The translations under genes and the position numbers were made by a program. This document shows positions 21,105 through 31,640 of a DNA stretch of 64,000 nucleotides, in pieces. The stretch's first letter is position 1. The number at the start of each line of letters is the position of its first letter. The DNA comes from Prasinococcaceae sp. CCMP 1430. Its lineage: Eukaryota; Plantae; Prasinodermophyta. Below the pieces are notes generated by a model. It ran no database searches. It had not been told where the DNA came from and saw only the letters and a program-made list of their open reading frames with translations. The DNA is taken from assembly GCA_013416795.1 (NCBI GenBank), contig RQSC01000030.1, forward strand, positions 185,965 to 249,964, in the 5' to 3' direction.

Positions 21105-22694
21105 ATGGGGGATGTGGATGTGCGCCCGGCCGCGCCGCCCCGCGCGGCGCCCGCTGCTATTTTTGGTGCGCACGGCGTGCGCGGTACACACGCCGGCGCG
21201 CGGGCGCCAATGCAGCAGCCGCATTCCTGTGGCTTGCCCACTGCGCCTGAAGCGGCCGCCGGCGACGTCACCAACACCGTGCCTCCGGAGTTGTTGGACG
21301 CGTACCCTCTGTACATGCAGCAGCCGTGGCAGCACCCCCGCCACGAGCCCAATGGCATGCCCCAAGAGGTGAACGCTGAACAGCACCTGAACCCAGCGCT
21401 TCAGACGGGGGCGCATCAAGCTGGCCTTCGTGCGGTGCAGCAGCACGCGCAGGCAGGGGCCAAGTCTGATCTGGGCGTCTCGGCCCGGGGCGATGCGGGC
21501 GTCGGCAAGGATGCCAAGACGCGCCGAAACCGCGCCTCGGGCTCGGCGGCGCAGCGACGTTACCGCGAGCGCCTCAAAGCCGAGAGGCAGCAGCTCGAGG
21601 AGCGCGCCGCGTCGCTCGCCGCGCGCGTGAAGGAGCTCGAGGGCAACGCAACGACCATGGAGGTGCTCCAGCGGCGCATCGATGAACTCGAAATGGAGGC
21701 TGCAGCCGCTGGGAGCAAGACCACCGCTCCAGCAGCCCAGTCGCCCGTCGTCGAGTGCATGAAACCAATGTCAGAGGAGGAGCAGTCCAAGTCGCTGGAC
21801 GCAATGTACGTCGCGTTCCAGGAGAAGGTGATCAAGTTGCAGGCGGTGCTCGAGACGCGCTCGAGAGGCAGCACCCCGTCAACGAGCGTGGCTCCCCAGC
21901 CGGACGCAGGTGGCGCCACGGCCTCCGCCACTGCGCCGGCGGGCGCTGCTGAGGGCCAAGACTCGGACTCCGAGTTTTCAAGCGCGCTCAACGAGGCGGT
22001 GCGCCTGTGCATGATTATCCGCAAACATGAGTCCGAGACGGGCACCGCGCCGCGGCGACCGGCGATCCCGACGTGGGCGACGCTCGCCGCGCACCACATC
22101 ACAGACCAGAACCAGCGGGCCTGCATCCTCAGGCGCTACGAGGAGATGCAGCAAGCACTCGACCGAGTCTACAAGGAGCGTGCAACGCTGACAGAGGAGC
22201 TCAGTGAGTGTCTTGCTGCGCTGTCCTGCAACCCTCTGAAGAGGGCCGCGCCGGGTGCGACGAGCGGCGGGGATGAGGCTGGCGCCGCGACCGCTGCAGC
22301 CGCTGCTGTGCCGCTTGCGCGCGACGGCGCGCGGATGACGGAATGCGAGACCGTCTCGCTCTCGCTGAGCACCGAGTCCAAGGTGACACGCCTGCAGCTC
22401 CGCCTGCGAGCGAGCATGGAGGACGAGCGCAAGATAGTGCTCGAGTTCGACTTCGACGTGATGCGTGTGATGATCACGCCGCAGCAGCTCGCCGCGATGT
22501 TCGTCGCGAGCTTTCCCACGCACCCCAGCGCCGTCTCCGTTGCAGAGGTGCTGCTCGACGCCGTCAGCGACGAGGCCGAGGCCGCCACCAACAGCGCCTC
22601 GCCCGCCGCTGCTGCCAACACCAACAAATGGGCGGGCTCCGACGCCGGCCCACAACCTGGCGGCGGCTCCAGTGGTCCGCCCGCCTGCATGTAA
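21105..22694 (+). CDS. bZIP-type transcription factor with a helical C-terminal domain
   Basis: Basic region RRNRASGSAAQRRYRERLK followed by heptad leucines (LEERAASLAARVKELEG...LQRRIDELEM). C-terminal ITPQQLAAMFVASFP. TGTAA overlaps the stop (22690-22694). Confidence 0.8.
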   Translation: MGDVDVRPAAPPRAAPAAIFGAHGVRGTHAGARAPMQQPHSCGLPTAPEAAAGDVTNTVPPELLDAYPLYMQQPWQHPRHEPNGMPQEVNAEQHLNPALQTGAHQAGLRAVQQHAQAGAKSDLGVSARGDAGVGKDAKTRRNRASGSAAQRRYRERLKAERQQLEERAASLAARVKELEGNATTMEVLQRRIDELEMEAAAAGSKTTAPAAQSPVVECMKPMSEEEQSKSLDAMYVAFQEKVIKLQAVLETRSRGSTPSTSVAPQPDAGGATASATAPAGAAEGQDSDSEFSSALNEAVRLCMIIRKHESETGTAPRRPAIPTWATLAAHHITDQNQRACILRRYEEMQQALDRVYKERATLTEELSECLAALSCNPLKRAAPGATSGGDEAGAATAAAAAVPLARDGARMTECETVSLSLSTESKVTRLQLRLRASMEDERKIVLEFDFDVMRVMITPQQLAAMFVASFPTHPSAVSVAEVLLDAVSDEAEAATNSASPAAAANTNKWAGSDAGPQPGGGSSGPPACM

Positions 22695-22797
22695 CCTCAA
22701 GTACGTGCAGGCGTGGGCCGCGCACTAGAACGAGCACCGACTGGCCGGTGGTGCCCCCGGCCAACGCTTTTCGTAAGTCTTAACCGGATCGCGGCTA

Positions 22798-24230
22798 CTA
22801 CTTGCCAGGTGGCATGCGCGACTCGAGCAGCTCCTCGCCGAGTGGGTTGCCGAAGAGGCGCATCCTGTCCTGGGGGATGTCGAGGAGCGCGTCCGCCAGC
22901 GTCGCCTTGGACAGGCGGGGGTCATTGACATACATCTTGAAGATTGCGTGCTCCTTCCGCTCCGCCTTGTGCGCGCCCGGACTGAAGCTCATGAGCGTCA
23001 AGAAGTCGCCCGCGCGCACCTTCATGCCGCGCAGCACCTCGTCGCAGGCGGACACCTCCGCCACGTTGAACCGTGGGTACGGGTCGGTGTGTGCGTTAGG
23101 GGAGGCCCCGAATTTGCACAGGAGGCGCGGCGGCTCGCGCGGGAGGCCACCGCCCACGGCGGCGCGCGCACCGTCAGTCGCAGCGACTGCAGCCCTCGCC
23201 TTCGCCAGCGTGGCCATGGCGTCTGCCTGCGCGGCCCCGAGGCCCGATCCTAGCACCACCGCCTCCCCCACGCCCTGCCCGAGACGCTTGACCTTCCTCG
23301 TGCCCCCCTTACGATTCCGCCTGGACGTAGACACGAGCCCCTCCCCTGGCCCCACATCGCGCATCGCCTCCGCGCTCGCCAGCCCCAGGTCGGCGGCCGA
23401 GCCCAGCACCAGCCACACCTCCGTGTCCGCGTAGTGTACGTGGTTGAAGCTCCCGCCGACGATCGTGAGGCCGTCTGCGACGCGGTGGGAATGCCACTTC
23501 AGCGAGGGCACGCCCGGGGGCTGCGTGTGTGTCAAGAAAAGGCCGTCTCCCCATCCCATTTCCCACGCGCGGAAAGGTGCCGGCGGGTCGGAGCCTTCCC
23601 GGACGGACACGTGCCGCATGGCGAACGTGATGCGCGTTCTCGCCTCCTTCGAGTCCGCCGGTCGCAGGTCCTCGTACAGGAGGTTCAGCAGTGGCGGTCC
23701 ATATTTCGGATGCAACGACGCCGCGGGATAGAACGCGTAGCCTGCGGGCGCGGTCTTGATGAATAACCCCGCCTCGTCGCAGGGGGCGGACGCATTGAAG
23801 TTGCCTGCCACTGCTGCATCCGTCGCCGCGCCGCGCAACATCGCAGCGACGCGCACCCGCGACTGCTCCCCGCACACGCGCTGTCGGTTGGCCACGAAGG
23901 CATTCCAACTGCCGAAGGTCTTGGGGTCTCCCGAGACGGCGTCGCCCAGCGAGGGGCCGTTGGGGTAAATGAGCGTACCCACCATCTCGCTACTCAAATT
24001 CTCCACGTGCGGCACGTACCCTGGGACGAGGTGGTGCAAGTGGAAGTCGGGCCAGTACCGCGAGCTGTCGGCGTCGCCATCGGCGTCTTCGGCGAAGAAC
24101 GCCACGGCGTCGAATGCAGTGTTGGCGTCCGTCGCAAGAGTGCCCTCCACCGCCGGCATCGCGGTTATGTGCGCGGACGTGCTGCCGCCGGTGGTCACGA
24201 GCGGGCCCACGCGTGTGAGCTTCGCCCGCG
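22798..24230 (-). CDS. Uncharacterised protein with several His motifs; upstream exon(s) unresolved (donor near 24346)
   Basis: Globular-looking sequence DFHLHHLVP, KWHSH, SFNHVHYADTEVWLVLGSAADLGL, EHAIFKMY in a single long frame. Confidence 0.7.
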
Positions 24231-25093
24231 CGTGCCGATGGAGGGCGGCGCGTGCGTGCGCGTCGCGCGCGCGTGTCAGGGGACCAGGCCAGCGTCTGCG
24301 CACGCGCACGCGCTTGCGCGCCTCGGACCGCGGGGGGCGCGCGTACCTCCCACTCGCGCCCGGCGGCGTCTTGCGCGAGCGCACAGCGTTCGAGGTGGAC
24401 GCTGCCGCGCGGATACGTCGAGCGTGTGGAAGGCCGGCTGGTCTACGGCGTGCACGAAGAAGCGCGAGGACGGCCCATCCGTGACACGCCAACCGTGCGG
24501 CGAGCCCGCCGGCGCGGCGTCGCACGCCGCCACCGCCTCTGCAGCGGACGCGCGTGCCGCTTCGTTCGCGGCCGTGTATGCGTGCTCGACCTCAACAGCT
24601 CTGCTGCCGCGTTGGTCGCTCGCGGCGGCGGCGGCGCTCTGGCTGAGCCCCACAGGCGCGCTTGCCGCCTCCGCGGAGGCGACGGTGTACTCGTCGGACG
24701 AGGCCGTCGCCGAGCGCATCAGATTCTTCATTAAGGTGGGCCTGCCCGCGACGCGCGGCGACCCCGCCGACCGCCAGGCCATCGCCGACGGAGCGTGCCG
24801 CCTCGCGACGGACGTGCCGCTCCCCGGCTGGTCGCTGTGGCGGGCGCCCGTGCCGCGTGCTGCGCGCACACTGTGTCGCGCAGCGCACGCCCGTGGCGCG
24901 TCGCCCTGCCCCCGCGCCCCGCCCACACACACCACCCACCCACCCACTGGCACCCTGACCCCGCCAACGCGGCGCGCTCGCGAGCCATCCCCGCCGCCGG
25001 CCTCCGCGGTGCCCAAGGCCGTGCCTGGACGGAGGAGGCTGGCACATTCAAAAAACTTGAGCACCTCCAATCTATCAATGTGTGTTTCGAATC

Positions 25094-25106
25094 ATGTGTG
25101 TGTGTG

Positions 25107-25161
<55 letters not shown>

Positions 25162-25275
25162 TATTCAGTGTGTGTGCGTGTGTGTGCGTGTGTGTGTGTG
25201 TGTGTGTGACTGTGTGTGTGTGCGTGTGTGTGTGTGTGTGTGCGTCTGTGTGTGTTGATCGCGGTGTGTGTGTGT
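25094..25275. repeat. Interrupted (TG)n microsatellite
   Basis: Direct reading; carries ATATTCAG (25161-25168) and GACT interruptions. Confidence 0.95.
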
Positions 25276-25484
25276 CGCGCGAGCATCTCCCGCCTATCAA
25301 CGTGATGACATCGACACGATCGTAACAGTCCGATCGAAGCGATAATGAGTGCTCGACACGTGTCGAAACACACCCGGTTAAACCGAATCGAACCTGCAGC
25401 GAATCTGCTCGCGGCGTGCGGGCCGAACCCAACGTGCACGCACTGGCGGCAGTGACAATGCACCGTTGCCGCGTGTTTGGCGGG

Positions 25485-25652
25485 GTGTGGTGTGGTGTGG
25501 TGTGGTGTGGTGTGGTGTGGTGTGGTGTGGTGTGGTGTTGTGTGGTGTGGTGTGGTGTGGTGTGGTGTGGTGCGGTGTGGTGTGGTGTGGTGTGGTGTGG
25601 TGTGGTGTGGTGTGGCGTGGTGTGGTGTGTGGTGTGTGTGTGTGTGTGTGTG
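25485..25652. repeat. (TGTGG)n pentanucleotide array followed by (TG)n
   Basis: Direct reading. A shorter (CACAC/CACCA)n tract also fills part of the dynein intron at about 45385-45455. Confidence 0.95.
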
Positions 25653-25767
25653 CTAGCGCGGTCGTGCGCGGTCGTGCGCGCTAGCACATCGCACGGGATT
25701 GCACCGTTGGATTTACTGTGGCCATTCTGTGTGTGCGTGCGTGTCGCGCGTCGCGCCGCCGCGCTCG

Positions 25768-27612
25768 CTAGTGGTCCTTGGCGCTCTTCAGGAACGCCTG
25801 CAGCGCGTGGAGGCGCGAGTCGATGTCGGCGATCTCCTGGGCGGCCTCGTCGTACGCGGGGACGCCGCCGGGCGGCCCAGCGGCGCCCGCGTCGACGTCG
25901 AGCGCGCGCGCCGCCGCGGGCTTGCGGGCTTGCGGCCCGTCCTCCCCCTCGCCGACGGCAGCGGCGCCGGGGCCGTACTCCGACTCGAGCCTTTCCCGCG
26001 CGGCGCGCAGCGCGCGGCCGGGCGACTCCCTGGAGGGGATGCCGATGCCGCCGCGCGCGGCCGCGCCGGTCTCTGTAGCGAGGCCGGGCGCGGCTGCTCC
26101 GCNNNNNNNNNNNNNNNNNNNNNNNNNNNNNNNNNNNNNNNNNNNNNNNNNNNNNNNNNNNNNNNNNNNNNNNNNNNNNNNNNNNNNNNNNNNNNNNNNN
26201 NNNNNNNNNNNNNNNNNNNNNNNNNNNNNNNNNNNNNNNNNNNNNNNNNNNNNNNNNNNNNNNNNNNNNNNNNNNNNNNNNNNNNNNNNNNNNNNNNNNN
26301 NNNNNNNNNNNNNNNNNNNNNNNNNNNNNNNNNNNNNNNNNNNNNNNNNNNNNNNNNNNNNNNNNNNNNNNNNNNNNNNNNNNNNNNNNNNNNNNNNNNN
26401 NNNNNNNNNNNNNNNNNNNNNNNNNNNNNNNNNNNNNNNNNNNNNNNNNNNNNNNNNNNNNNNNNNNNNNNNNNNNNNNNNNNNNNNNNNNNNNNNNNNN
26501 NNNNNNNNNNNNNNNNNNNNNNNNNNNNNNNNNNNNNNNNNNNNNNNNNNNNNNNNNNNNNNNNNNNNNNNNNNNNNNNNNNNNNNNNNNNNNNNNNNNN
26601 NNNNNNNNNNNNNNNNNNNNNNNNNNNNNNNNNNNNNNNNNNNNNNNNNNNNNNNNNNNNNNNNNNNNNNNNNNNNNNNNNNNNNNNNGCTGCCGCCGCC
26701 GCGCGCGCCGGCCGTGCGCCGCGCCTGCCGCCTGGCGGTCTCGAGCTCGGCGGTGAGCTCGCGCACCTTGGCGCGCAGGCGGCGCTCCGACTCGCGCGAC
26801 TTGCGCAGGTCGTCCTGCGCGTCGGCGAGCTCGCGGCGCACGCGGTTGGCGGAGCGCTTCGAGGCGGCGCGCTCGCTCGCAGCCTCGTCCTCGAAGCGCT
26901 GCACGCGCTTGCGCAGCGACGCCGCCTGGTGCTCGAAGTCGGCGGCCGCCCTCGCCTCGGCGCGCAGCTCCTTGCACTCGCGCGTGCGCGCGTCGAGCTT
27001 GGCCGCCAGCGCGTCGCGCTCCTTGAGCAGCGCGCGGAGGCCCGGGTCGAGCGAGCCGGCGCCCTTCGCCGTGCCGGCGGCAAGGCCGTTGGCCGTGCCC
27101 GCGCCTGCGCCGCCCTCCTCGGCCTCGCGCAGCCGCCCGCGCAGCAGCTTGACCTGCGCGCGGAGCTGGCCCACGTCGGCCTCCTCCTCAAGCAGCGGCA
27201 GCGGGTAGTGCACGCGGTCGAACTCCGCCGCGTACGTCAGGATGAGGTAGCGCTTGTTGGTCGCCTTGGCGGCGGCGCCGCCGCCCGCGGCCACACCGCC
27301 CCCCCCGCCGGCCGCGCCCTTCTTGCGCTTGAGCGCCTCGAGGTCCTGGTACGTGAGCAGGTCGACGAAGACCGAGTCGGACTCGGTGGTGACGGCGCTC
27401 TGCAGCATGCGCGCGAACACCGCGAACTTCTTGAAGTTGCCCGTCTTGTTGGTGAGGTCCTCGACGTAGCGCGCGGTGAAGTCGCCGCGCCAGCGGCAGC
27501 CGTCCGAGACGCGCTCCGCCTCGACGCACAGCGTGTCGCCGGGCAGCGCCGCGACGCCCACGACGTACGCGCCGCTCTTGAACGCCAGCTCGGCGCGCGC
27601 GACGTTCGACAT
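25768..27612 (-). CDS. CCDC61: Centrosomal/basal-body coiled-coil protein CCDC61 (VFL3); middle interrupted by gap 26103-26688
   Basis: WRGDFTARYVEDLTNKTGNFKKFAVFARML...VFVDLLTYQDLEALK...KRYLILTYAAEFDRVHYPLPL, then coiled coil and C-terminal EIADIDSRLHALQAFLK. Confidence 0.93.
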   Translation of the reverse strand: MSNVARAELAFKSGAYVVGVAALPGDTLCVEAERVSDGCRWRGDFTARYVEDLTNKTGNFKKFAVFARMLQSAVTTESDSVFVDLLTYQDLEALKRKKGAAGGGGGVAAGGGAAAKATNKRYLILTYAAEFDRVHYPLPLLEEEADVGQLRAQVKLLRGRLREAEEGGAGAGTANGLAAGTAKGAGSLDPGLRALLKERDALAAKLDARTRECKELRAEARAAADFEHQAASLRKRVQRFEDEAASERAASKRSANRVRRELADAQDDLRKSRESERRLRAKVRELTAELETARRQARRTAGARGGGSXXXXXXXXXXXXXXXXXXXXXXXXXXXXXXXXXXXXXXXXXXXXXXXXXXXXXXXXXXXXXXXXXXXXXXXXXXXXXXXXXXXXXXXXXXXXXXXXXXXXXXXXXXXXXXXXXXXXXXXXXXXXXXXXXXXXXXXXXXXXXXXXXXXXXXXXXXXXXXXXXXXXXXXXXXXXXXXXXXXXXXXXXXXXXXXXXXXXGAAAPGLATETGAAARGGIGIPSRESPGRALRAARERLESEYGPGAAAVGEGEDGPQARKPAAARALDVDAGAAGPPGGVPAYDEAAQEIADIDSRLHALQAFLKSAKDH

Positions 27613-27856
27613 GGCGACGACGGCGGCCGCGGGGGCGATCGGGATCGGCGCGGCGGGGAGGCGGCTGAGGTGGGTGGAGAAGGAAGCAGGCTCCCCTCCT
27701 CAACACCCGCCTCAAAGCAACTCCCCCGGCTCCACCCCCTCCTTCCCTTCGCCTCCCTCCCGCCCCCCACCGCCGCGCTCTCCCGCCCCCGCTCCCGCTC
27801 GCGCCCGCCCGCCGCGGGCCAGCGTGCACGAGTGTGCGGTCGTGCGGGAAGTGCGC

Positions 27857-27981
27857 CTACTGCTTCTTGCCGCCGCGCGGTCCACCCTTGAGGTTGTGCC
27901 AGAAGCCCTTCTTGCTCGGAGTGCGCGCGCTCGGTGACGGCTTCGGCCTCATCGAAGCGACGGCAGCAGAGCTCGATGGCG
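27857..27981 (-). CDS. Probable C-terminal end of a gene mostly lost in gap 27982-28941
   Basis: ...SMRPKPSPSARTPSKKGFWHNLKGGPRGGKKQ* abuts the gap; the frame choice is uncertain. Confidence 0.3.
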
Positions 27982-29320
27982 NNNNNNNNNNNNNNNNNNN
28001 NNNNNNNNNNNNNNNNNNNNNNNNNNNNNNNNNNNNNNNNNNNNNNNNNNNNNNNNNNNNNNNNNNNNNNNNNNNNNNNNNNNNNNNNNNNNNNNNNNNN
28101 NNNNNNNNNNNNNNNNNNNNNNNNNNNNNNNNNNNNNNNNNNNNNNNNNNNNNNNNNNNNNNNNNNNNNNNNNNNNNNNNNNNNNNNNNNNNNNNNNNNN
28201 NNNNNNNNNNNNNNNNNNNNNNNNNNNNNNNNNNNNNNNNNNNNNNNNNNNNNNNNNNNNNNNNNNNNNNNNNNNNNNNNNNNNNNNNNNNNNNNNNNNN
28301 NNNNNNNNNNNNNNNNNNNNNNNNNNNNNNNNNNNNNNNNNNNNNNNNNNNNNNNNNNNNNNNNNNNNNNNNNNNNNNNNNNNNNNNNNNNNNNNNNNNN
28401 NNNNNNNNNNNNNNNNNNNNNNNNNNNNNNNNNNNNNNNNNNNNNNNNNNNNNNNNNNNNNNNNNNNNNNNNNNNNNNNNNNNNNNNNNNNNNNNNNNNN
28501 NNNNNNNNNNNNNNNNNNNNNNNNNNNNNNNNNNNNNNNNNNNNNNNNNNNNNNNNNNNNNNNNNNNNNNNNNNNNNNNNNNNNNNNNNNNNNNNNNNNN
28601 NNNNNNNNNNNNNNNNNNNNNNNNNNNNNNNNNNNNNNNNNNNNNNNNNNNNNNNNNNNNNNNNNNNNNNNNNNNNNNNNNNNNNNNNNNNNNNNNNNNN
28701 NNNNNNNNNNNNNNNNNNNNNNNNNNNNNNNNNNNNNNNNNNNNNNNNNNNNNNNNNNNNNNNNNNNNNNNNNNNNNNNNNNNNNNNNNNNNNNNNNNNN
28801 NNNNNNNNNNNNNNNNNNNNNNNNNNNNNNNNNNNNNNNNNNNNNNNNNNNNNNNNNNNNNNNNNNNNNNNNNNNNNNNNNNNNNNNNNNNNNNNNNNNN
28901 NNNNNNNNNNNNNNNNNNNNNNNNNNNNNNNNNNNNNNNNNCGCGCGCGCGCGCGCGCGCGCCCGCACTTCGCCCGCCAACCCCGCCCCGAGCGCGCGCG
29001 CGCGCGCCCAGCATTTCGAATCCGCGAAAACGCCCTCGATCCGCCTCCGATCTTTGGGGTGTCGCACCCGCATCCATCATCATTCAACATCTATGTACTG
29101 AAGACCACAAAACGAGGGTCTATGTACACAACCATGTAACGGAAATGTCATAATGATTCGCGCTCTCGATGTTGGGGTTGGGAGGCGCGTCGAATGCGTC
29201 AAACGGCACGCGCGAAGGCGGCGTGGATCCGCGGAAGAAGGATTTCAGAAGCGAATTCCGTAAAACCAGGCGGGGTGCGGCGTACCGCCGGCTGACGCCG
29301 CGCGCGGCGCGCGCGCCGAC

Positions 29321-29969
29321 GGCCCATAGGGTTTGAGTATGTAGGGTTTTTACACATGCGGTTGTGTATGTCAATTGTAATTGGATTATGGGGAGATGGG
29401 TTGGGGTTTTGAGCGCGCGCGCGCGCGCGCAGCGCTGCCACAGTGGACAAAAAAATGGGCGGGAGCGCAAAAAAAAAAAAAAAAAAAAACGGGGCAGTAC
29501 AGAGCGGCGTGCGCGCGCGCCCGGCCGCCCATTTCGCGACGCGACATCGATTCCGCGCGGCCACTCCGCGAATCTCCCCTTCGCGGCGACCTCCCTTTCT
29601 TTCGCGCGTCGGCGAGCCGCGCGCGACGCCGCGCGAAACGCGCGGCGTTCGAAACGCGCGCTCCCGCCTAAAAAAAAAAAGAAAAAAAAAACGGGTGGGG
29701 GCGGGCTGTGCAGTGGTCAAGACTGCTGCACATGCAGCACAATAAAAATAAATAAATAAAAATAAAAATAAACAAACAGAAACAGAAATGAAACACCGCC
29801 AGAGTTGGTTCCAAATGCGGCTTAACCGAGGCTCACTACCAACAATCCGGTTCATCAGCGTTGCCGACTGGGTTCGCCTCGAGGCAGACCCGGTTCGCGG
29901 ATTCACGTGCCGCACGCGCGCGCGCGAAAATAAACCCTACATGAACAATACCCCAAACTCGAAACCCTG
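29321..29969. promoter_or_regulatory. AT-richer intergenic promoter region with telo-box (AAACCCTA) and site II-like (GGCCCA) motifs
   Basis: TAGGGTTT at 29327-29334 and 29342-29349, AAACCCTA at 29932-29939, AAACCCTG at 29962-29969, GGCCCA at 29321-29326, and poly-A tracts. Confidence 0.5.
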
Positions 29970-30239
29970 AGACCCCCTTTTTGACGCGCGGCAATTTCCG
30001 ATGAATTTCGCGCGTGAAATAATGTCGTAAATAAATAATCAAAATCGAAACGCCCACAGGAGCAACGTGCGCGGACAGGCAGACAGAGGCCTCCAAAAGC
30101 ATCGCGCGCCTCGCCGGGCGGATGTACGCCCGCATAAAGCCTCGTTCCGGCGCGCGCCGCTTGGCCGGGGCGCGCAGTTTTACCCGGGCTACTCATGGAG
30201 ACTCTCCGCGGCCCGGCGCAGGTGCATGTGCCATGCGGA

Positions 30240-30478
30240 TTGTGTCTGTGTGTACCCTGTGTGTGTGTGTACCCTGTGTGTGTGTGTACGATGTGTGTGT
30301 GTGTGTTCGTGTGTGTGCGTGCGTGTGTGTACCCTGTGTGTGTGTGTACGATGTGTGTGTGTGTGTTCGTGTGTGTGCGTGCGTGTGTGTGTGTACCCTG
30401 TGTGTGTGTGTAACCCCGTGTGTGTACCCTGTGTGTGTGTGTGTGTGCCGCCTGCGCACGTGTGTGTGCCTGTGTGCG
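30240..30478. repeat. Compound (TG)n repeat with recurring TACCC, TACGA and TTC interruptions, including an internally duplicated higher-order unit
   Basis: Direct reading. Confidence 0.9.
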
Positions 30479-30587
30479 CGCGCGCCCCCGGAACCCTACA
30501 CGCTCCCGCCCCGCCACCCGCCCCCCCCTCTGCGCGCTTCCGCCGGCGCGCGCGCGCGCGTGGCGGCGCCCGCTCGGGTCCGCGCCN

Positions 30588-31548
30588 GGCGACGCATCGC
30601 TCGCAGGCGGTGGTCATCTCGGGCGAGAGCGGCGCGGGAAAGACAGAGTGCGCCAAGATGGTGTTCCGCGCCCTCGTGGGCCTGTCCGAGCACAGCTCCA
30701 AGCACCCGCGCGCCTCACTCACCGCGGGCGACGGCCAGTCGAGCCAGCGCCCATCGGCGCGCGTGTCGACCACGCACACCTCGAACATCGAGGCGCGCCT
30801 GCTGGTGGGTGGCCTCGCCCTGGAGGCGTTCGGCAACGCGCGCACCGTGCGCAACGACAATTCGAGCCGCTTCGGCAAGTACCTGTCCTGCGCGGTCGAT
30901 CGCAAGGGTCGCCTGGCGGGCGCGCGCATCATCACCTACCTCCTCGAGCGCAGCCGCGTGGTCTCGCAGGCGCCACGGGAGGCGCCCTTCCACGTCATGG
31001 GTGCGCTCGCCGGAGCGGGCTACGGCTCGCACCTGGCGGCGGGCTCCGCGCGCGCGTACGTGCGCGAGGCGCCGCCCGCGTCCGAGGCGGGCCGCCTGCT
31101 GCGCCAGATTACCGATCGGCTGTCCGCCGCCGGCGTGAGCAAGGCAGGCGTGAACAGCATCATGAGCGCTGCCGCGGCTGTGCTGTGCCTGGGCGAAGTC
31201 TCCTTTGAAGATGCTGGCAACGAAGGCTGCACCGTGAATGCCGGCGAGTCAGCCAGGAAGCTCGCAGCGGCCGCGGCGCTGTTGGGCAAGCCCGACGGAC
31301 AGATCGCCGAGCTGCTCACGGAGCGGCTGCTGCCGCTGCCGGGTGCGGAGCGCGTGACGGTCAAGCTCTCCGCCGACGCGGCCGCCCAAGCGCGCGACGC
31401 CACTGCCAAAGCGCTGTACGCACGTGTTTTCGAGGTGCTAGTCATGGAGCTCAACGCGGGCCTGGCAGCTGGCAGCGGCAGGACCGACGCCACGTCCGTC
31501 AGCGTGCTAGACATCTTCGGATTCGAGAATTTTGCGTCCAACGAGCTG
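30588..31548 (+). CDS. Myosin motor-domain fragment (P-loop to switch II), truncated at both ends
   Basis: SQAVVISGESGAGKTE, LEAFGNARTVRNDNSSRFGKY, TYLLERSRVV, KALYARVF, VLDIFGFENF. Starts at single N 30587 and degenerates just after switch II. Confidence 0.88.
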
Positions 31549-31640
31549 CGCGCAGCGCCCGGCGCGCCCGCGCTCGCACGACGCTGACCGGACCCCCCTC
31601 GAACCCCGCGCCCGCACCCCCCGCCCCGCGGCGCGCGCAG

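Noticed and set aside
24007-25161. Plus-strand ORF of 384 aa overlapping the 5' region of the His-motif gene
   Set aside because: It runs into a TG microsatellite and conflicts with minus-strand splice signals. I could not support it, although the segment VYSSDEAVAERIRFFIKVGLP looks protein-like.
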